From Deltaproteobacteria bacterium (GTDB taxonomy: Bacteria > Myxococcota_A > UBA9160 > SMWR01), in NCBI GenBank assembly GCA_032128375.1, contig JAQBGU010000193.1, positions 1-10,848 of the forward strand: a stretch of 10,848 nucleotides of DNA, written 5' to 3'. The stretch's first letter is position 1. Every line of letters starts with the position of its first letter. Below the pieces are notes generated by a model. That model worked only from the letters and a program-made list of their open reading frames with translations. It had not been told where the DNA came from and did no database searches. The position numbers and the translations under genes are program-made. This document shows positions 1 through 6,688 of the stretch, in pieces.

Positions 1-250
<250 letters not shown>

Positions 251-400
251 CTATTGGCATGTTTCACGCCACGATATTTCCTGACGATTCCCCGCCGGCC
301 GGTAGTCACGCCGGTTCAGTGGTGTGCACGCCAGCTGATCACGGCCCCTCGACACCCGTTCGCAAGCCGCGGCTGGACCGCGTCAGGGTGCTGATGGCGA

Positions 401-625
401 ATGCCCCCCAACGACCACCTGGCCCTGGGGCGTGGACAGCACTTCTGCTTGGGAGCGTCGCTGGCCCGGTTGGAGATCCAGATTGCACTCGACGCGCTGC
501 TCGAGCGATTCGGAGAGATCGAGCTCACGACGACCACTCCATCGTGGAGCGCACAGGGTCTTCGCTCGCTTGCCAAGCTGCCCGTGCGAGGGCGTCGCGA
601 GCCTATTCGTCAACGGCGGCGATAG
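401..625 (+). pseudogene. Cytochrome P450 C-terminal remnant (heme-binding loop, L helix and C-terminus only)
   Basis: PNDHLALGRGQHFCLGASLARLEIQIALDALLERF...GLRSLAKLPV matches the P450 (F)GxGxHxCxG..LARxE signature (Cys codon 446-448) and the terminal R...LPV. Only 74 aa. There is an in-frame TGA at 392-394, no RBS, and only about 200 nt before the divergent dehalogenase, so a full P450 cannot fit. Confidence 0.88.
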
Positions 626-667
626 AATCTGTTCGAAGCCTCTCAGGAGTTCGTTCGCCGCGCTGGG

Positions 668-1111
668 TCAGGGGTGATGCGTCGCGAACGATCGAGTGGC
701 TCCAGTCGCATCGAATGCCAGTACGTCGTACGATTCGGGATTGGGCCCCTCCATTCCTGGCGAGCCGATGGGCATACCGGGCACGGCGAGTCCGACGATA
801 TCGGGGCGCTCCTCGAGCAGGCGCTCAATGTCCTCGACCGGCACGTGGCCCTCGATGAGATAGCCACCGATGAGCGCTGTGTGGCATGAGGCAAGCCGCG
901 TGGGCACATCGTGGTCCGACTTGATGATCGACATGTCGGCGACGTCGACGCTCTCGACCTCGAGCCCAGCGGCCTCCAGGTGCTCGATCCATTTCCCGCA
1001 GCAGCCACACGTGGGCGACTTGTAGACGGTCGCCCTGACAACCTCTGCGCCGTTACACGAAAATACACCGAGCGCGATCGCCAGGATCGTGGGTGCGAGG
1101 ATCGACCGCAT
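668..1111 (-). CDS. DUF411 / CopG-like metal (copper)-binding protein, predicted lipoprotein
   Basis: Motifs VYKSPTCGCCGKW, SCHTA, IEGHVP and LAVPGMPIGSPGME are typical of DUF411. Hydrophobic N-terminus ending VFS-C19. AGGAGG RBS at 1118-1123. Confidence 0.93.
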   Translation of the reverse strand: MRSILAPTILAIALGVFSCNGAEVVRATVYKSPTCGCCGKWIEHLEAAGLEVESVDVADMSIIKSDHDVPTRLASCHTALIGGYLIEGHVPVEDIERLLEERPDIVGLAVPGMPIGSPGMEGPNPESYDVLAFDATGATRSFATHHP

Positions 1112-1255
1112 TTTTTGCCTCCTGTTTTGGTGTAAGGCTCCGCGGCACAGTCGGAAACCGTATCACATTGAGCGCCCGCCACCGGACGAGATCGCCATCG
1201 ATTCGATGCAAGGGTCGAGAAATCGAGTACTCGATTCGAGACAGTCGCAAAACCT

Positions 1256-1343
1256 GATATTGGAGTCCTGAACGGTCGTCGACCGCAAGAAGGACATGAT
1301 CATCACGGGAGGCTTCGATGTGTTTCGGCGAGAGGTGAGAAAT
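1256..1343 (+). pseudogene. Relic of an AMP-binding / acyl-CoA synthetase gene (A7-A8 motif region)
   Basis: 1272-1343 translates TVVDRKKDMIITGGFDVFRREVRN, closely matching the family consensus IVDRKKDMIIxGGxNVYPxEVE. 1256-1270 in an adjacent frame reads DIGVL (cf. TGD.G.LD). In-frame TGA at 1269-1271 and at 1368-1370. Confidence 0.82.
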
Positions 1344-1381
1344 ACTGGGAAGGCAAAGTTCGCGGTGTGAATTGACGGGAG

Positions 1382-1885
1382 TCAGGTTCGCGCTTCTCGC
1401 ACCGTCGCAGCTCCGTCGGGCACCCGCTTCGGGTTTGGGCTGTGGTCGCGCAAGCTGAGCAGCAACATCGCACTTCCGACTACGATCATGACGAAGTTGA
1501 ACCGCGCGCCCGGTGGTGCAGAGAGGGTGTCGACGGGTCCCTTCCAGATCCCCAGCCCGAGGCGGCCGATATACTCGAGCACCACCAGCAGGTACATCGA
1601 TGCCAGGAGCGCCCGGTAGCGCACGAGCACGACGACGTACGCGAATCCGAGAAGGAGTTGCTGGAGCCCCCACAGTGCAAAGATCACCACGATGGTGGTC
1701 GCCGCTGCGTCCGGATAGCTGTCGAGCGGAATCGTCGCAATAGACTGCGCGCCGCCATCCGCCGTGAACATGTGGATCAGGCTTCGCCAGAGCGTCACCA
1801 TCGTGATGGGCACGAACACCCAGAGCGCCAGTGGATGGCCCCGGTAGTGATTGTCGATGGTTTTCGGAAGCAACCGTTCGAGCAT
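1382..1885 (-). CDS. Hypothetical integral membrane protein (167 aa, about 4 TM segments)
   Basis: MLERLLPKTIDNHYRGHPLALWVF...SLIHMFTADGGAQSIATIPLD...FALWGLQQLLLG...RYRALL. Four hydrophobic stretches and GC-biased codons. ATG at 1885 is preferred over the track's 1981 start because the upstream 32 codons look non-coding and a TANNNT box sits 6 nt upstream. Confidence 0.82.
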   Translation of the reverse strand: MLERLLPKTIDNHYRGHPLALWVFVPITMVTLWRSLIHMFTADGGAQSIATIPLDSYPDAAATTIVVIFALWGLQQLLLGFAYVVVLVRYRALLASMYLLVVLEYIGRLGLGIWKGPVDTLSAPPGARFNFVMIVVGSAMLLLSLRDHSPNPKRVPDGAATVREART

Positions 1886-1891
1886 GCGGGC

Positions 1892-1897
1892 AGCGTA
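1892..1897 (-). promoter_or_regulatory. -10 element (TACGCT) in leaderless configuration
   Basis: Minus strand reads TACGCT-GCCCGC-ATG, with no strong SD at normal spacing. Confidence 0.5.
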
Positions 1898-2048
1898 GTC
1901 CGAGGCCAGATCGAAAGGCAACAAGCCACCACAATACTGAGCGCGGCCTGGAAACCCGTCAGCCGCTTCTCCGGAAAGCACACCCCAACACGCTAGAATC
2001 GCTCGATACCGATACCTGTAACCACCCCTTCTCTACCGGGAGCCAAAC

Positions 2049-2753
2049 ATGTCCGAATCCGTATCGATCGAATCCTCCGGTGATGTCGCGATCATTCGCC
2101 TCGACGATGGCAAGGCCAACGCGCTTGCCCCGGCTGTCCTGACCGCGCTGGGCTCGGCACTCGACCAGGCCGAAGACGCAGGGCAAGCCGTCCTTCTGCT
2201 GGGACGGCCAGGCCGCTTCTCAGCGGGCTTCGATCTCACTGTGATGCGCGAGGGAGGGCCCGCAGCCGCGCTAGAGATGGTCGGCGCCGGCGCCCGGCTG
2301 GCGGTGCGAATCGCCCGCCACCCCGCTCCAGTCGTCATCGGTTGCTCGGGCCACGCAATCGCGATGGGCGCTGTCCTACTGACGGCGGCCGACACACGGA
2401 TCGGCGCCCAGGGCGATTTCAAGCTCGGCTTCAATGAAGTCGCGATCGGGATGACCACACCCATCTTCTTACTCGAACTGGCGCGTGAGCGACTTTCGAA
2501 ACGCCACTTCCTGCGCGCGGTCGTCCAGTCCGCAATGTACGGACCCGAAGAGGCGATCGACGTCGGACTGCTCGACTCCACCACGACGCCCGAAGCGCTC
2601 GAAGCGACCGCACTCGCCGAAGCTGAGCGCCTCGCGAAGCTGCCGCGCGCTGCCTACGTTCGCACCCGTGCGCTCGCCAGGGGCGCGTCGCTCGAACTGA
2701 TCGAGTCGACACTGGAGTCGGATCTCGCGGCTGCATTCCCTTCTCGGCATTAG
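2049..2753 (+). CDS. Crotonase-superfamily enoyl-CoA hydratase/isomerase (short type)
   Basis: VAIIRLDDGKANAL, oxyanion motif FSAGFDL, PVVIGCSGHAIAMG, ADTRIG, GFNEVAIG, EAIDVGLLD. GGGAG RBS at 2038-2042 and a TAGAAT -10-like box at 1994-1999. Confidence 0.95.
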   Translation: MSESVSIESSGDVAIIRLDDGKANALAPAVLTALGSALDQAEDAGQAVLLLGRPGRFSAGFDLTVMREGGPAAALEMVGAGARLAVRIARHPAPVVIGCSGHAIAMGAVLLTAADTRIGAQGDFKLGFNEVAIGMTTPIFLLELARERLSKRHFLRAVVQSAMYGPEEAIDVGLLDSTTTPEALEATALAEAERLAKLPRAAYVRTRALARGASLELIESTLESDLAAAFPSRH

Positions 2754-2783
2754 CGAGTTGGCAAACGGCTCGCGAATCTGAAG

Positions 2784-3365
2784 CTAGGCGAGCCTGTCGA
2801 GTAATTCGCGTACCTGCGCGTCGAGTTCGATTTCGTTCGCTGCGGCGCGTCCGCGAGCGCTCATCTTGCGCAATGTTTTTTCGAGAATGCGCTCGACCAT
2901 CTCGGGGCGCTTTGACGCGAAATCCCGCGCCTGCGCTTCGAGAAACACGAGGCACATCGCGTCCTCGAGCGTTTGTGCCGCCGGGTCGCTTCGCAGATCG
3001 ACCTTGCGAATCAGGCGGGTGACGATCTCGACTTCGCCGTGCGTGTAGCCTTCTCGCACGAGAATGTCCGCGCACGCCTGCGCGTGAAACTCGTATAGCC
3101 CGGAACGCCAACGCAAATAACCTGCGCGGCCTTCTGGTTGCGTTGACCGCGGAACTTCCCAGCGGCGCAGATGCTGGGCGCGGGCGGCCAGCAGCAACTC
3201 TTCGCTCGGCACCTCGGTCAAACGCTTCACCCACTCGCTGACGAGCTGTGCGTGAACGACTTCTTTCGGACCTTCGTGGTCCCGGAGGAAAACGCGCTGC
3301 GGATCTTCGGCGTTGGCCGCGTCAATGGCGGTGATTGCACGTTCGAAACGCTTGGAGCCCCTCAT
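2784..3365 (-). CDS. DUF4202 domain-containing protein (193 aa)
   Basis: RFERAITAIDAANAEDP, LAARAQHLRRWEVPRS..PEGRAGYLRWR, QTLEDAMCLVFLE and ILEKTLRKMS are recognisable DUF4202 blocks. Family similarity begins just after ATG 3365. Confidence 0.9.
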   Translation of the reverse strand: MRGSKRFERAITAIDAANAEDPQRVFLRDHEGPKEVVHAQLVSEWVKRLTEVPSEELLLAARAQHLRRWEVPRSTQPEGRAGYLRWRSGLYEFHAQACADILVREGYTHGEVEIVTRLIRKVDLRSDPAAQTLEDAMCLVFLEAQARDFASKRPEMVERILEKTLRKMSARGRAAANEIELDAQVRELLDRLA

Positions 3366-3372
3366 ACTGCCG

Positions 3373-3378
3373 AGGGTA
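3373..3378 (-). promoter_or_regulatory. -10 element (TACCCT) in leaderless configuration
   Basis: Minus strand reads TACCCT-CGGCAGT-ATG, with no SD upstream. Confidence 0.5.
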
Positions 3379-3438
3379 GTAGATGAAAGCAGATGCTGTC
3401 TCCATGTGTTCCCCCCACTTCCCAGACCATCTGTCCGC

Positions 3439-3482
3439 GCCGACGTGACAACGTATTGGCGCGCGAGCTCCCACACGTCGGC
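3439..3482 (-). terminator. Stem-loop just downstream of the WS/DGAT stop (possible terminator or 3' stabiliser)
   Basis: GCCGACGTG (3439-3447) and CACGTCGGC (3474-3482) form a perfect 9-bp inverted repeat with a 26-nt loop, 6 nt after the stop. No U-tract. Confidence 0.35.
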
Positions 3483-3488
3483 TTCGCA

Positions 3489-5099
3489 CTAGGCCAGAAC
3501 GATCTCTTCCACAGGTTCGCCCTGGAACTGGCGAGCGTCCGCGTTCGGCTCGGGCATCCGAGTTCGCTTTTCGGTGGGTCTTGAATTCCGCTTCGATCGT
3601 CTTTGGCTATCCGGTTTGAGCTCGAGTTTAGAGGAGACGGACAATCGCTCTTCGGGTTCCGAAGTTGCGGCGGCCGTCCGACGTTCCATGTAGCGGGACA
3701 CCGCAGCGCCGCGAAGCGCTTCGAATGAAAGCCGCACGTCATCCACGAACGCGCCGAGATCTGGCAATAGCTCGTGGTCGCCGTTGAACCCCCAGCACAG
3801 CTTCCCGTCGTAGCTGAATAATGCCACACCGAGACCCCCTCTCGGAAGCAGCGGTACGATCGGATACATCGCGAACATCCGAGCGCCAAGCATGAATAGC
3901 GGAAATTGTGGTCCAGGGACGTTGGTGACGATCATATTCGCGGGCCCTGACGCCAGCCGCGTACCGCGCTCGATCAGTTGGCGCGGCATCCATTCTGCTG
4001 CACGCATGACGGTGTCCACTGCGAGCGACGCGTCGGATCGCTTCAATTTCTCCGTGCACGCGTGTATTGCCGTGAGTTGATCTAGCGGATCATCCATCGA
4101 AAGAGGCAGAGGCACGACCCAACTCGAAACGTGATTGCCTTGGCGCCGGTCGTGGTCAGGACGGCGCATGCTGACCGGCGCCGCGACGCGAAAGTCGAGC
4201 GTCCGGAATTCGACCCGACGTCGGAACAAGTAGCGACGCATCGCCCCGGTGACTGTCGCGAGCACGATGTCGTTCACCGTACAATCGAGCTCCCGCCGCA
4301 GATCCCGCACTTCGTCGAGCGGCATCGTCAACCACTCGAGCCTTCGATGCGGGCTGAGATTGCCGTTGATGGGTGTCTTCGACGCGGGCTTCAGCAGAAA
4401 CTCCATCTGTCCGAGCAATGAACTCAACCGTCGGCTCAGACCCGGGTCGGACTCGTCACGCTCCTCGCCCCCCAGCACAACGTTCCGCAGCAAATCGAGC
4501 GGCCGTCGCACAGCGAGCCCAATCGAATCTCGCAACAGCTCGGTTCGGGTCGGCACGGGCCGCGGCATGTAAGGCATTGGCTCTGTCGGCTCGACGCGCG
4601 CGGACGCTGACATCAGGATTTGCGAAAGATCTGCCCCCGCTGCACCGTCGATCATGCAATGGTGGATCTTGTTCAACAAGGCTACCTGAGTGCCACCTTC
4701 CACTCCCTCGACGACCCAGATCTCCCACAACGCGTGCTGGCGATCCAGCGGACGCGCGTTGATTCGACCGACCAGCTCCTTCAACTGTTCCAGGCGACCG
4801 GGGCGCGGCAACGCGATGTGTCGGATGTGGTAACCGATGTCGAACCGGCGGTCGTCCACCCAAACAGGCCAGCCCTCGAGAGGCGTCCATTCGATTTTCT
4901 GGCGATAGCGCGGGATCCAGTGCAGTACGGATTCGACGGCGTTGCGGTATGCGTCGATGTCGACTCCACCATCAGGCAGCTCCAACGGCGCCGCTTCCAC
5001 AATGGCGACTGCGCCCACGTGCATCGGCTGATTCGACTTCTCAGCCCACAAGAAGCTCGCGTCCTGTGCGGAGAGCCTCTCGTACGTGTAACGGGCCAT
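3489..5099 (-). CDS. Wax ester synthase / acyl-CoA:diacylglycerol acyltransferase (WS/DGAT), 536 aa
   Basis: N-terminal RLSAQDASFL..E....PMHVG, PLDRQHALWEIWVVEG, catalytic HHxxxDG (HHCMIDG), TVNDIVLA, GNHVS and VTNVPGP. ATG 5099 follows a GGGGGA RBS. The track's 99-aa N-terminal extension is not family-like. Confidence 0.96.
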   Translation of the reverse strand: MARYTYERLSAQDASFLWAEKSNQPMHVGAVAIVEAAPLELPDGGVDIDAYRNAVESVLHWIPRYRQKIEWTPLEGWPVWVDDRRFDIGYHIRHIALPRPGRLEQLKELVGRINARPLDRQHALWEIWVVEGVEGGTQVALLNKIHHCMIDGAAGADLSQILMSASARVEPTEPMPYMPRPVPTRTELLRDSIGLAVRRPLDLLRNVVLGGEERDESDPGLSRRLSSLLGQMEFLLKPASKTPINGNLSPHRRLEWLTMPLDEVRDLRRELDCTVNDIVLATVTGAMRRYLFRRRVEFRTLDFRVAAPVSMRRPDHDRRQGNHVSSWVVPLPLSMDDPLDQLTAIHACTEKLKRSDASLAVDTVMRAAEWMPRQLIERGTRLASGPANMIVTNVPGPQFPLFMLGARMFAMYPIVPLLPRGGLGVALFSYDGKLCWGFNGDHELLPDLGAFVDDVRLSFEALRGAAVSRYMERRTAAATSEPEERLSVSSKLELKPDSQRRSKRNSRPTEKRTRMPEPNADARQFQGEPVEEIVLA

Positions 5100-5175
5100 G
5101 CTCGTCCCCCTGCTTCGGCGGGCCCCGCGTTGGCGGGCCTTGGCACCATTGTCCCGACGATTCCATATTCGTTTC

Positions 5176-5191
5176 TGCAAAGCACATGCCA
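5176..5191 (-). promoter_or_regulatory. sigma54 (RpoN) -24/-12 promoter driving WS/DGAT
   Basis: Minus strand TGGCATGTGCTTTGCA fits TGGCAY-N5-TTGCW with exact GG-N10-GC spacing. It is correctly oriented and ends 76 nt upstream of the ATG. Confidence 0.8.
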
Positions 5192-5283
5192 CGCAGTGGA
5201 TCCCCTGTGAAGGGTCCGCGAGGCACGGGAGACCCGGTTCGACGGCGAGTTGGATCGCTACGACGCCGGGCCTGCCGAATAGT

Positions 5284-5309
5284 TGGGCAACGACGAGCCG
5301 CGTTGCCCA
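5284..5309. promoter_or_regulatory. Inverted repeat, candidate enhancer-binding-protein site
   Basis: TGGGCAACG-N8-CGTTGCCCA, perfect 9-bp arms, 93-118 nt upstream of the sigma54 box. Confidence 0.5.
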
Positions 5310-5719
5310 TTCGAGCAGCGACCGGCGAGCCGGACGGCTCAAACCAGCGCTCGTTGATCGCGATCTCCGTGCGGTAGCCGGCGGGGACTCTGTCATCGTC
5401 GGATGATTGGACAGCTGACGAAAAATCGTCTGCCCGAGCGCTCAGTCGTTGCTGGCTTGCTCGACTGGCAAGGGCCACAGCAGCCCAGGCTCGGCCGGAG
5501 TCGCACCTGCATCTGCTCGATGAGTTGACCGAACTTGCGCGATACTTGGGTGACGCCCGCGCTACGAGATGTCATGATCGCCTCGTTGGGCCACCGCTCG
5601 AGTCGAGCGACATGACGCCGTGGGCAGAATCATCGAAATCGACTGGACACTCACGAACGAAGCCGACTGGACGCGCGCGTCGGTACCGCGCGGGTAGGAT
5701 TGTAGGAGCCTCGGCACGC

Positions 5720-6634
5720 ATGGAAAAGCGATTCGCAATAGCGCTGGTTTGCGCGATTGGATCGTTCGCATGTACTGGGGGCGGCGCACCATTCGGACGC
5801 ATCGCCGATGACTCGCCGGATCTCGCGCGCATGACCGATGGCCCGTTTTTCATCCAGATGGCCGACACACAGCTGGGTTTCGCGCGCACGCCGGTAGCCG
5901 TCCAACTCGCCGGAGGCAGCTGGGGGGACGAGCCGACCGAACGCGAGATCGCCATGTTCGAGAAGGCAGTTGAGTACACGAACCGGTTGAAGCCTGCATT
6001 CGCGGTGATCTGCGGCGATCTCGTCAACCGGCCCGGCCACGCCGGACAGATCGCCGAGTTCCAGCGCATCGCGGATAGGTTCGACGCATCTATACCGCTG
6101 TACCTCGTCGCAGGAAACCACGACGTCGGAGGTGCGCCGACGCCTGAGTCGCTGCGCACGTACCGCGAAACTTTCGGCCCGGATTGGTATTCGTTCCAGC
6201 AGGGTGAGGTGTTCGCGATCGTTCTCAACAGCTCGCTGTTCAATGATCCGACGCATGTACCACACGAGGCCGATGCACAGCTCGCCTGGTTACGTGCGGA
6301 GCTCGCGCGCGCCGAGTCTCTGGGAGCGCGCAACGTGCTCGTATTCCAGCACCATTCGTTTTTCGTTGCGGACCCCGACGAGCCCGATGACTACTTCAAC
6401 CTTCCGTTGGCGCGGCGGCGCGAACCGCTGGCGATCCTGAAGGAGGCCGGTGTGAAGGCGGTGTTCGCGGGACACTTTCACAAGAATGCGCTCGCATGGG
6501 ACGGAGAGTTGGAGATGATCACGACGTCGGCTGTGGGAACTCCACTCGGGAGCGACCCACCCGGTTTTCGGATCGTTCGCGTGATCGACGATGAGATCGA
6601 GCACGGCTACTTCGCGATCGCTGAGAATCCATAG
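5720..6634 (+). CDS. Calcineurin-like metallophosphoesterase, CPPED1/CSTP1-like, predicted lipoprotein (304 aa)
   Basis: Metal motifs ADTQ, CGDLV, AGNHD, FQHH and AGHFH. Signal peptide MEKRFAIALVCAIGSFA-C18. AGGAG at 5704-5708 precedes ATG 5720. Confidence 0.92.
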   Translation: MEKRFAIALVCAIGSFACTGGGAPFGRIADDSPDLARMTDGPFFIQMADTQLGFARTPVAVQLAGGSWGDEPTEREIAMFEKAVEYTNRLKPAFAVICGDLVNRPGHAGQIAEFQRIADRFDASIPLYLVAGNHDVGGAPTPESLRTYRETFGPDWYSFQQGEVFAIVLNSSLFNDPTHVPHEADAQLAWLRAELARAESLGARNVLVFQHHSFFVADPDEPDDYFNLPLARRREPLAILKEAGVKAVFAGHFHKNALAWDGELEMITTSAVGTPLGSDPPGFRIVRVIDDEIEHGYFAIAENP

Positions 6635-6688
6635 CAGTGGGTCAATGCATCGCGTATCCGGAACCTTGTGGCTCCAGAGGATGAAACC

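Noticed and set aside
255..270. Second sigma54-like box TGGCATGTTTCACGCC on + facing the P450 remnant
   Set aside because: GG-N10-GC spacing holds, but the -12 element is ACGC rather than TTGC and there is no intact downstream gene.
2004..2016. Short tandem repeat CGATAC-CGATAC upstream of the crotonase
   Set aside because: Two copies of a hexamer is not significant.
5100..5396. 99-aa N-terminal extension of WS/DGAT in the ORF track (635 aa)
   Set aside because: Not family-like. A good RBS precedes ATG 5099 and the sigma54 box lies inside the supposed extension.
5671..5692. GC-rich palindromes ACGCGCGCGT and CGGTACCG upstream of the phosphoesterase
   Set aside because: Low-complexity CG runs are expected by chance at this composition.
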